In this document: piece after piece, positions 1 through 7,484 of the stretch
How positions within the stretch are numbered: the stretch's first letter is position 1
How the letters are laid out: every line of letters starts with the position of its first letter
NCBI GenBank assembly: GCA_031425655.1
Contig: JANPJS010000099.1
Coordinates: 1 to 12,094 of the forward strand
Length of the DNA: 12,094 nucleotides
Direction of reading: 5' to 3'
From: Abditibacteriaceae bacterium
Lineage (GTDB): Bacteria > Armatimonadota > Abditibacteriia > Abditibacteriales > Abditibacteriaceae
Notes under the pieces: generated by a model
The model's input: only the letters and a program-made list of their open reading frames with translations
What the model was told of the DNA's origin: nothing
Databases searched by the model: none
Translations under genes and position numbers: made by a program

Positions 1-40
1 TTTTGTGTTCTTTGTGCAATCTTTTGTGTCCTTTGTGTTT
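1..40. repeat. Short low-complexity repeat of (c/t)tttgtg units just downstream of the transglutaminase stop codon
   Basis: tttgtg occurs four times in the first 40 nt (ttttgtgttctttgtgcaatcttttgtgtcctttgtgttt). It may continue beyond the window edge. Confidence 0.45.
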
Positions 41-830
41 AATCCGTTTTGACGCGGCAGCCGCTTTCGAGTTTGGCTTTTGCCCGCCCGCGAAAGGTGC
101 CCTGATGCGGATTGCAATCGCGGAAATCGCGTCCGATGGCGACGGGGACAGCGCTTTCGATAACGCGGTTGTGTGTCGGATCGAAGGCTTGCCAAGTGTT
201 GTTAATCAGAACTTCGACCCACGCGTGCATCCGTCCTTCGCCGGGCGCGTAGCCGGAAACGTAGCGCGTGGGCAGGGCGCAGGCGCGGCAGAGCGCGATC
301 ATCAAGTGCGCGAAATCCTGACACACGCCAGCGCCGCGCGATAGTGATTGCGAGGCGGTCGTTTCCAAGCCGCTGGCGGTTGCATCGTAGCGAAGCGCGC
401 GAAACGTCCAATCGCACAAAGCAGCGGGCAAATCGCATTTCGGCAGCGCTTGAAACGGCGCAGTAGCGGTGCGAATCGCTTCGCCGAGATCGCAGAGCGC
501 CGAGGGCAGAACGAAGGCGCCGAGGCCGGTTTCGGGCAAGGCAAATTGCGCTACGCCGGCAGAACCCCCAACCCCCTTGGTAAGGGGGCTTGGGGGTTCT
601 GCCACTTCCAGTTCTAACTCAAACAAAAACTCGCGCTTGATTTTGGTGTGGCGCAGTTCCAACACGCGGTTGCCGAAATCGTCGGTAAATTCGCGCGATG
701 CGTCCGGTTCGGGCCGGCAGCGCCAAGTTTCGCTTTGCGTTGCGTGCGGCAAAACGCGCAAGTGCCGCACGCAGTCGCGCACAGGCGACGAATAGGTCAC
801 GCGCAACTTTTTCTCGATGTGAAGCAGCAT
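39..830 (-). CDS. Transglutaminase-like family protein (N-terminal bacterial transglutaminase-like domain plus Cys-His-Asp core)
   Basis: Catalytic motifs GVCQDFAH (Cys), RYVSGY, HAWVEV (His), FDPTH (Asp) and VAIGRDFRD. N-terminal TYSSPV..LRVLP..DDFGN is typical of the family. ATG at 830 is preferred over the ORF-track TTG at 842, which lies inside a heptamer repeat. Confidence 0.92.
   Translation of the reverse strand: MLLHIEKKLRVTYSSPVRDCVRHLRVLPHATQSETWRCRPEPDASREFTDDFGNRVLELRHTKIKREFLFELELEVAEPPSPLTKGVGGSAGVAQFALPETGLGAFVLPSALCDLGEAIRTATAPFQALPKCDLPAALCDWTFRALRYDATASGLETTASQSLSRGAGVCQDFAHLMIALCRACALPTRYVSGYAPGEGRMHAWVEVLINNTWQAFDPTHNRVIESAVPVAIGRDFRDCNPHQGTFRGRAKAKLESGCRVKTD
558..603. 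repeat. GC-rich palindromic (REP/RPE-like) hairpin inside the transglutaminase CDS
   Basis: ggcagaacccccaa-ccccctt-ggt-aaggggg-c-ttgggggttctgcc: 21 paired bases, a 3-nt loop and one bulged C. Confidence 0.8.
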
Positions 831-833
831 CGG

Positions 834-868
834 CCAATTCAAAATTCAAAATTAAGAATTCAAAATTG
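834..868. repeat. Tandem heptamer repeat (consensus aaaattc), 5 imperfect units
   Basis: ccaattc aaaattc aaaatta agaattc aaaattg spans the gltX stop codon and the short spacer to the transglutaminase gene. Confidence 0.7.
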
Positions 869-2362
869 CCGCTGCAAGCGGCCTAAAACGCGTTCGCGTC
901 CAAGAATTTCCAGCAAGTGGAAAATCGAAGGCCCGACCGTGCGGCCCGAAACCGCCATGCGCGACGGATGAATTAATTCCGCCGGTTTGATGCCCAAATC
1001 GTCGGCCAGACCGCGCAATGCGCCTTCGATAGCCTCGACTGTCCATTCGGACAAGGCTTCTAAACGCGCACGGAGTTGCGACAAGCGTTCGCGCGCAACT
1101 TCGGTCAGGTGTTTGGCAGCGCCCTGTTCCTCGACGAAGAAATCGTCGGTGAAAAAGTAAGCGGCGGCGCGGGCGAAATCGGTGTCGAAATCGGTCGGGA
1201 TTTTTTCGACTTTGCCTTTTTCGTTGGTGACTTCTTCCCAAATCACGTTGGTGCGAATGCGTTCACGCGCGGCTTCGATGGCGGTTTTCGCGTAATCGTC
1301 TACGGCAAAAGGCGGCAATTGTGGCTTGACCAGTTCGATAAATTCATCAAGCGGCATCGCTTTGAGATATTCAGTGTTGAGGTGCGCCAGTTTTTCCACA
1401 TCGAAGATCGCTGCGGCTTTGCCGACGCGCTCAAGGGTGAATTTTTCGATCAGTTCGTTGCGTGTGAAAATTTCCTGCGTGTCGCCTTCGCCGGGATTCC
1501 AGCCGAGTTGCGCTAAATAATTGAACATCGCGTCCGGCAAAATGCCTTTGTCGCGGTAATCGAGCACGTTGACGGCGCCGTGACGCTTGGATAATTTGCT
1601 GCGGTCGCGGCCCAGCAAAAACGGCAGATGCGCGAAAAGTGGAATCGGGAATCCCAGCGCCGAATACAGCAATAATTGGCGCGGCGTGTTGTTGACGCCG
1701 TCTTCGCCGCGCACGACGTGGCTGATTTGCATCAGCGCGTCGTCAACGACGCAGGCGAAGTTATAAGTCGGCGAGCCGTCGCTCTTCATAATCACGAAGT
1801 CGTCTATTTCGACGTTCTGAAACGTCACGTTGCCGCGCACAATGTCCTGCCACGAAGCCCTGCCTTCCGGCACGCGAAAACGCACTACGTTGTTGCGATT
1901 TTCGGCTTCAAAAGCGGTGCGCTGCTCATCCGATAAATCGCGGTGCGCGCCGTTGTAGCGCGGCGCTTGTTTCGCGGCGGCTTGCGCGGCTTTCATGGCT
2001 TCGAGTTCCCCCGGCGTTTCGTAAGCGCGATAAGCGTGGCCGGAGGCGATGAGATTTTCGGCGTGCTTTTGATAAATATCGAAGCGCTCGCTTTGGCGAT
2101 ACGGCCCAAAATCGCCGCCTTGATGCGGGCCTTCGTCCACGGTCAGGCCAAGCCAAGCCATGCCTTCGTAGATGACTTTTTCGTATTCGACGTTGCTGCG
2201 CTGCAAATCGGTGTCTTCGATGCGCAACACCAGTTTGCCGCCGCTATGCATCGCAAACAGATAGTTGAAAAGCGCGGTGCGCGCCGTGCCGACGTGAAAA
2301 AATCCGGTCGGTGAAGGCGCCATACGCACGCGAATTGGTTTCGGAGTTTCGTTTTGAGTCAT
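860..2362 (-). CDS. gltX: Glutamate--tRNA ligase (class I aminoacyl-tRNA synthetase)
   Basis: RVRMAPSPTGFFHVGTAR (HIGH-like), LRIEDTD, GPYRQSER, PTYNFACVVDD, HVVRGED, KLSKRHG (KMSKS-like), and a C-terminal anticodon-binding domain (R.AVSG..GPSIF). At 500 aa it is full length, so not GluQ. Confidence 0.98.
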   Translation of the reverse strand: MTQNETPKPIRVRMAPSPTGFFHVGTARTALFNYLFAMHSGGKLVLRIEDTDLQRSNVEYEKVIYEGMAWLGLTVDEGPHQGGDFGPYRQSERFDIYQKHAENLIASGHAYRAYETPGELEAMKAAQAAAKQAPRYNGAHRDLSDEQRTAFEAENRNNVVRFRVPEGRASWQDIVRGNVTFQNVEIDDFVIMKSDGSPTYNFACVVDDALMQISHVVRGEDGVNNTPRQLLLYSALGFPIPLFAHLPFLLGRDRSKLSKRHGAVNVLDYRDKGILPDAMFNYLAQLGWNPGEGDTQEIFTRNELIEKFTLERVGKAAAIFDVEKLAHLNTEYLKAMPLDEFIELVKPQLPPFAVDDYAKTAIEAARERIRTNVIWEEVTNEKGKVEKIPTDFDTDFARAAAYFFTDDFFVEEQGAAKHLTEVARERLSQLRARLEALSEWTVEAIEGALRGLADDLGIKPAELIHPSRMAVSGRTVGPSIFHLLEILGRERVLGRLQRQF

Positions 2363-2429
2363 GGGGACGGAAGTTTAGCCGTGACCGGCACACGACGCGA
2401 ATGTAAAATAAAAACGGAGCGCACAAGCC
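2363..2429. promoter_or_regulatory. Divergent promoter region between gltX and the antitoxin/vapC operon
   Basis: 67-bp spacer. Minus-strand TAAACT (2377-2372) lies 9 nt before the gltX ATG with no Shine-Dalgarno. Plus-strand TAAAAT (2404-2409) and GGAG (2416-2419) precede the antitoxin ATG at 2430. Confidence 0.4.
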
Positions 2430-2660
2430 ATGACACAAACTTATGAAGCGGTTTACGAGAACGGCGTTTTTCGCCCGGTGACGCCGCCGGTGATTCTGAC
2501 GAACGGCCAGCACGTTCGCTTATCGGTCGAGATAGACGATGCGGCGCATATTTTAGAGTTAGCCGCGCGGGTTTATCAGGGATTGCCGGACGAGCAAATT
2601 GACGAAATTGAAACCATCGCGTTGGATCGCAGCCGCTTTTTCGAGGGCGAGGATTCGTGA
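2430..2660 (+). CDS. Putative antitoxin, AF2212/DUF104 family
   Basis: N-terminal EAVYENGVFRP...L.NGQHVRLSV signature, 76 aa with an acidic C-terminus. The stop overlaps the PIN toxin start (GTGA at 2657-2660). Confidence 0.88.
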   Translation: MTQTYEAVYENGVFRPVTPPVILTNGQHVRLSVEIDDAAHILELAARVYQGLPDEQIDEIETIALDRSRFFEGEDS

Positions 2661-3067
2661 CGCCGCCCGCTTTGCTGGACACCGATATCCTGTCGGCCAT
2701 CATGCGGCGGCAGCCGGCGGCGTTGGCGAAAGCGCAGGCTTATTTGGCCGCGCATGGCCGCTTCACGATTTCCATCATCACGCGTTATGAGATTCTGCGC
2801 GGTCTGAAAACCAAGAACGCGACGACGCAGTTGGCGGCGTTTGAAAAATTCTGTGCGGCCAACGAAATCTTGCCGATCAACGATGGAATCGTTCAACGAG
2901 CTGCCACAATTTACGCCGTTCTGCATCAAAACGGCGCGCTGATTGGCGATGCCGACATTTTGATCGCGGCAACGGCGATGGAACATGGCCTAACGCTCGT
3001 CACGAATAACGAAAAGCATCTTAAGCGCATTGCCGGTCTGACGCTGGATAATTGGCTCACAACATGA
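2657..3067 (+). CDS. vapC: Type II toxin-antitoxin system VapC family toxin (PIN-domain ribonuclease)
   Basis: LLDTDILS, ITRYEILRG, DADILIAATA and LVTNNEKH give the PIN acidic-residue pattern. 136 aa, directly downstream of the antitoxin. Confidence 0.94.
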   Translation: MTPPALLDTDILSAIMRRQPAALAKAQAYLAAHGRFTISIITRYEILRGLKTKNATTQLAAFEKFCAANEILPINDGIVQRAATIYAVLHQNGALIGDADILIAATAMEHGLTLVTNNEKHLKRIAGLTLDNWLTT

Positions 3068-5619
3068 AACGCAGTCTTTTCTTTTTCGCACTGTGCGGCG
3101 GCGCCGTCGCGTTCGCGCAGAATGCGGCGCAAAAACCGGCGCCGGTTTTCGTGCCGATTTCTGATGCTGCCGGTTTCAAAAAAACCATCGCGCCCTTTTT
3201 TGATGAGCATTGCGTGCGCTGCCACGGCGCGGCCAAAGCCAAAGGCAACCTGCGCGTGGACACCCTTTCGCAGAACTTTCTCGACCCGGCGACGAAGGAA
3301 AAATGGGGCGAAATCGTCAACGTGCTAAACGGCCACCAGATGCCGCCCAAAGAAGAAAAGCAGCCGCCCAAAGAGCAAGTCGGCGCCGTGGTGGACTGGA
3401 TCACCGCGCAAATGGTGAAAGCCGAACTTGCGCGCCGCGATAACGCCGTGGTGCTGCGTCGGCTCAACCGCGACGAATATAAAAACACGATTCGTGACCT
3501 GACCGGCGTGGATTTCGATGTGTCCGGTTTTCCCGCCGACCCGGCGGCGGGCGGCTTCGACAACAACGGCAAGGCGCTCACGGTTTCGCCGCTGCTCATG
3601 GAGCTTTATATTGAAGCCGCGCAGCGCATTCTCGACCGCGCTTTAGTCGAAGGCGAGCAGCCGAAAAGCGTGAAATGGCGCTTCGAGCCGGAAGTCGGCG
3701 ACGGCGACAGCAGTCGCATTACGCTGCCCGACAAGCAGCGCCCGATTGTGCATGGCGGCCAAAATCTCAAGCGTGACGGCCTGACCATCATGCATCACGC
3801 TTCGTGGAATCTGAACCCAAACGCGCGTGATTTTGCTATGCCGCATGAAGGCGATTACATCATTCGCATTCGCGCGGCGGGCGTTGTGCCCTCGCGCGAA
3901 GCCGTAGTCGCTTCGGCGGAAAAACTCCTCGCCGCGCGCCGCGACGAACAAGACGCCAAAAATCCGGGCGGCAAAAAGTGGACGCAGCAATCCTACGAAA
4001 ACGACTTAAAACACTTCCAAACCAACCGCATTTACGATTACGGCGCGCCGCGCTTGAAATTGATTCAGGACATCGCCGGGCAGCCGCGCGTGTTGGCCGA
4101 ATTCGATGTGGACGCCAAGCCGGACGCGCCGAAAATCTACGAATTTCGCACCCGCTTCAACACGCGCAAAGCCGGCGTCACGCTGGAATATGCCTACAGC
4201 ATTCCCAGCGTCTTAGAGAATTTCTGGATGCAGGGCCGCGATACTTTCGCGCGGCCTGAAGTGCATCTCGATTGGTTTGAAATCGAAGGGCCGATTTTCG
4301 ATGCGTGGCCGCCCTCGTCGCACACGCGCATTTTGCCGGTTTCGACAAGCAAAGACGAGCGCGCCTACGCCCGCGAGATATTGAATAAATTCATGCGCCG
4401 CGCGTGGCGCCGTCCGATTGCCGCCGCCGAAATTGACGCGAAACTCGCGCTTTTCGACCGCGTGAAAGCGGAAAAACCGTCGTTTCTCGAAGCCATCAAA
4501 GTGCCGCTGATCGCGGTTTTGGCTTCGCCGCATTTTCTTTATCTCAGCGAACCGGCGGCGCCAAATAATAGCGGCCCGCGACCTCTGAACGATCACGAAC
4601 TGGCCGCGCGCCTCTCGTATTTTCTGTGGAGCACGACGCCCGACGACGAACTGTCGCGCCTCGCCGATGCAGGCACGCTCCGCAAGCCGGAAACGATGTA
4701 TGCCCAGACCGAACGCTTGTTAAAAGACGCGCGCAGCGAGGCGTTCGTGCGCAACTTCGCCGGGCAATGGCTCAGTCTGCGCGAAGTTGGCAACAACCCG
4801 CCCGCGCGCGATTTATACCCGCAATATGACCGGCATCTGGAAAGCAGCATGATTGAGGAATCCGAGTCGTTTTTCGCCGAAATTCTGCGCCGCGATTTGC
4901 CGGCCACGAATTTTATCAAAAGCGATTTCGTAACGATTAACGAGCGTTTGGCGCGTTTTTACGGCATCGAAGGCGTGCGAGGCGACGAATTTCGCGCCGT
5001 AAAAGTGCCGCCGGGCGTGCGGCGCGGCGGCGTGGCAACGCAGGCCAGCATCCTCACAATTACCAGCAACGGCACGCGCACCAGCCCGGTGAAACGTGGC
5101 GTGTGGGTGATGAAAACGCTACTCGGCACCGACCCCGGTTTGCCCGTCGCCAACGTCGGCGATATTCCGCCCAAAGTGCCCGGCGTCGGCAAAGCGACGG
5201 TGCGCCAACGCTTGCAAATTCACCGCGAACAGCCGCAGTGCGCGCGTTGTCACGACGGCATTGATCCGCTTGGCTTCGCGCTCGAAAACTACAACGCGGC
5301 AGGCGAATGGCGTGAGCAGGAAGGTTTTGGCTACAAAGGCCGCATTGACCGCGACGACCCGAAAATAGACGCCAGCGCCACCATGCCTGACGGCACGCAA
5401 TTCGTCGGCGTCGAAGGCCTGCAAAGCGAACTATTGAAACAGCAAGACTTGTTTCTGAGCGCTCTGTCGAACCGCGTTTACACCTACGCTTTGGGCCGCG
5501 AACTCGGCCACGCCGACGCGCCCGAAACCAAAGCCGCCGCCGCACATTTGAAAAAGCACGGCACGCTGCGTTCGCTGATTCGCTTCGTCGTCGGCTCGCA
5601 AGCGTTTCGCACGAAGTGA
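3064..5619 (+). CDS. DUF1592-domain protein (planctomycete-type cytochrome c plus DUF1587/DUF1595/DUF1592/DUF1588/DUF1585), exported, two CxxCH heme motifs
   Basis: Signal peptide MKRSLFFFALCGGAVAFA. CVRCH (3211-3225) followed by MPP. LRRLNRDEYKNTIRDL (DUF1587-like), RRAWRRP..VLASPHFLY (DUF1595-like), ELAARLSYFLWSTTPDDEL and INERLARFYG (DUF1592-like), TSPVKRGVWV..CARCH..IDPLGFALENY (DUF1588-like), YALGR (DUF1585-like). ATG at 3064 overlaps the vapC stop (ATGA). Confidence 0.92.
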   Translation: MKRSLFFFALCGGAVAFAQNAAQKPAPVFVPISDAAGFKKTIAPFFDEHCVRCHGAAKAKGNLRVDTLSQNFLDPATKEKWGEIVNVLNGHQMPPKEEKQPPKEQVGAVVDWITAQMVKAELARRDNAVVLRRLNRDEYKNTIRDLTGVDFDVSGFPADPAAGGFDNNGKALTVSPLLMELYIEAAQRILDRALVEGEQPKSVKWRFEPEVGDGDSSRITLPDKQRPIVHGGQNLKRDGLTIMHHASWNLNPNARDFAMPHEGDYIIRIRAAGVVPSREAVVASAEKLLAARRDEQDAKNPGGKKWTQQSYENDLKHFQTNRIYDYGAPRLKLIQDIAGQPRVLAEFDVDAKPDAPKIYEFRTRFNTRKAGVTLEYAYSIPSVLENFWMQGRDTFARPEVHLDWFEIEGPIFDAWPPSSHTRILPVSTSKDERAYAREILNKFMRRAWRRPIAAAEIDAKLALFDRVKAEKPSFLEAIKVPLIAVLASPHFLYLSEPAAPNNSGPRPLNDHELAARLSYFLWSTTPDDELSRLADAGTLRKPETMYAQTERLLKDARSEAFVRNFAGQWLSLREVGNNPPARDLYPQYDRHLESSMIEESESFFAEILRRDLPATNFIKSDFVTINERLARFYGIEGVRGDEFRAVKVPPGVRRGGVATQASILTITSNGTRTSPVKRGVWVMKTLLGTDPGLPVANVGDIPPKVPGVGKATVRQRLQIHREQPQCARCHDGIDPLGFALENYNAAGEWREQEGFGYKGRIDRDDPKIDASATMPDGTQFVGVEGLQSELLKQQDLFLSALSNRVYTYALGRELGHADAPETKAAAAHLKKHGTLRSLIRFVVGSQAFRTK

Positions 5620-5626
5620 GAAAAGA

Positions 5627-6211
5627 ATGAGCGCGCGCGTGAGTCGCCACGGCGCCTTTGACAGCGCGCACGATTGGACGGGCGATGAGTTAACCGCATC
5701 GGAAACGGCGGCGTTTCAGGAAGGCAAAGCCAAAGCTCTCGAAAAGCTGTTGCCTTACGCACATCTTGCTTCGCGGCACGAAGCGGCGGCTGTCGTTTTG
5801 GAACTGGATGGCAGCGAGTTTGGCTTTTGGATAGGAGAGAAATACAGCGTTGAAACAATGGTGCCGGCCAACCGTTTCTGCGCTCATTTGCACACGCACC
5901 CTGCCCCGGAGCCTCAAAGCCAGGATGACTGGCCGGAGTTCTTGTTTACGACCTCTGTTCTCCAGTCTCACGTTGTCGCGCCCAATGCCACATATTCCTT
6001 GCACAAGCCAATGGGCTGGACACTGCCGCCAGAATTGAACAGCAAAAGAGCTATTGCCGAAGCTTTTTATGGAGCCTATGAACGGGCACAATACGATGCC
6101 TTCTGCCGGGGCGAACACTTGAGCGATGTGGAGTTGGACGAAAGAGCAACCCAAAACATGGCAATTCGCTGTGCTATAATTTTTCGTATCGGGAAGCGCA
6201 AAAAGGTGTGA
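5627..6211 (+). CDS. Hypothetical protein with a JAB/MPN (JAMM-like) metal-binding motif
   Basis: 194-aa ORF starting 7 nt after the DUF1592 stop. E52 ... H89-T-H91-P-x5-S98-x2-D101 (HTHPAPEPQSQDD). Composition is visibly AT-richer than the flanking genes. Confidence 0.65.
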   Translation: MSARVSRHGAFDSAHDWTGDELTASETAAFQEGKAKALEKLLPYAHLASRHEAAAVVLELDGSEFGFWIGEKYSVETMVPANRFCAHLHTHPAPEPQSQDDWPEFLFTTSVLQSHVVAPNATYSLHKPMGWTLPPELNSKRAIAEAFYGAYERAQYDAFCRGEHLSDVELDERATQNMAIRCAIIFRIGKRKKV

Positions 6212-6217
6212 GTAACC

Positions 6218-6409
6218 ATGAATGAAAAAACGGCTGAAGAAACCGTCATTTACCAGTGTGACGGCCCCACCACTTACGAGGATCGCCGCCAAATCCGCGC
6301 ACGCGCTCGCGCGGCAGCACAGGAGAGATGGCTGAAAGAAAAAGAAGCCGAATCCCGTTGCGCAGAAATTGAGACCCCTCGGCCACGCCAACCTCGCAAG
6401 GCCGCATGA
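6218..6409 (+). CDS. Small charged hypothetical protein
   Basis: 63-aa ATG ORF 6 nt after the JAB-like stop, with aggtg/gag upstream. Rich in Arg/Glu/Ala and helical-looking, with no recognisable family. Confidence 0.5.
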   Translation: MNEKTAEETVIYQCDGPTTYEDRRQIRARARAAAQERWLKEKEAESRCAEIETPRPRQPRKAA

Positions 6410-6440
6410 CGAAGTGAAATTAGCGGGTCTTGCGTCCTCT

Positions 6441-6483
6441 TTCCAATTTTATTGCTCCGTCTCTTCCAATTTTATTGCTCCGT
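6441..6483. repeat. Perfect 20-bp direct repeat (23-bp period) duplicating the SPFH gene 3' end and stop codon
   Basis: ttccaattttattgctccgt at 6441-6460 and 6464-6483. The second copy contains the SPFH TAA (6472-6474). Confidence 0.85.
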
Positions 6484-7482
6484 TTTTGGCGCGTTTTGCG
6501 TTATTGACGCTCGGTTTTCCGGCGCAGGCAGCATGGCGATGGTGCCGCCGGGCAGGATGCGAACTTCCACGTCGTCGGGCAGTTTTTGCACGAATTCCAA
6601 GCCGGTCACGGCGCTGTTTTGGCGTAAGGCCGCGCCGCGCAAGCGAATAGCTTCGGCCTGGCCGGTGGCGCGTTCGATTTGGGCTTGCGCTTGAATCTGT
6701 GCGATACGCAGGCGATATTGCTGCGTCATCACCGACTGCTGTGCGACTTGCTTTTGCACGATGGATTTTTCAAAGTCCGGCGCGTCGTAGGACACGTTGC
6801 GCAGCAGCACTTTTTCCAGTTCGATGCCTTTTTCGGCCAGTTTCGGTTTGAGTTCGGCGAAGATTTTATCCTCCACTTCGCGGCGTTTGCCCGGAAAAGA
6901 AAGAATGCCTTGCTTGTTGCCCGCGCTCACGCTGGCCGGGGCGTTGGAATAAACCTCCATGATGGGATAGCGCGCGACCACCAATCGCACCACGTTGCGC
7001 GCCGAGGGGCGCACGATGGTGTTGACGTAATCCGGCCCGACGGTGCGCCACAATTGGTCGGCGCCCTGCGCGTTGGTGTGAAACAGCACGGACACGTCCA
7101 CTTTGATGCGGAGTCCTTCGCTGGTCTGGCAGGGCATGGCGTCGTCTTTGGCGCTGCCGGTTTCGTCGCGCTGGCCGGTCATCGAATAAACCTGCGTGCG
7201 CACGCTGAAAGGATGGGCGGTTTCCCACGGCACGATGAGATGCCAGCCTTCGCCGAGTTCTTCGCTTTGAATGCCGCCCCGAATCGGGTTGAAGCGCACC
7301 GCCACGTTGCCCGCCGGAACCTCCACCCAGCAACGGCTCAGCAACGCGATAACGATCAAACCGGAGATGAAAGCCAGCGGCGCGCGGCGAGCTAAGGTTT
7401 TGGCGGCGTCATCGGTGGCGCGGAAGCCGAAAATAATTCCGGCCACTAAAAACATGAGAAACAGTGAAATGGCGCTTTGCAT
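6472..7482 (-). CDS. SPFH/band 7/prohibitin family membrane protein (paralog 2)
   Basis: Two N-terminal hydrophobic segments, VEVPAGNVAVRF..LGEGWHLIVPW, TSEGLRIKVDVSVLF, IVRPSARNVVR, GIELEKVLLRNV and an Ala/Gln-rich coiled-coil tail. Strong RBS AAAGGAGG lies within the end of the upstream gene. Confidence 0.9.
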   Translation of the reverse strand: MQSAISLFLMFLVAGIIFGFRATDDAAKTLARRAPLAFISGLIVIALLSRCWVEVPAGNVAVRFNPIRGGIQSEELGEGWHLIVPWETAHPFSVRTQVYSMTGQRDETGSAKDDAMPCQTSEGLRIKVDVSVLFHTNAQGADQLWRTVGPDYVNTIVRPSARNVVRLVVARYPIMEVYSNAPASVSAGNKQGILSFPGKRREVEDKIFAELKPKLAEKGIELEKVLLRNVSYDAPDFEKSIVQKQVAQQSVMTQQYRLRIAQIQAQAQIERATGQAEAIRLRGAALRQNSAVTGLEFVQKLPDDVEVRILPGGTIAMLPAPENRASITQNAPKTEQ

Positions 7483-7484
7483 GA

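Noticed and set aside
3052..3063. Upstream TTG start for the DUF1592 gene
   Set aside because: ATG at 3064 gives a clean signal peptide (MKRS...) and a canonical ATGA overlap with vapC.
5690..6391. 233-aa minus-strand ORF
   Set aside because: It is antisense to the JAB-motif ORF and small ORF, which fit the operon spacing better. It has no recognisable motifs.
6441..6483. CRISPR-like repeat
   Set aside because: Only two copies separated by 3 nt, with no spacers and no cas genes.
6679..7395. 238-aa plus-strand ORF and other long shadow ORFs (e.g. 1076-1516, 5060-5671)
   Set aside because: These are antisense or alternate-frame ORFs over well-supported genes, expected in GC-rich DNA.
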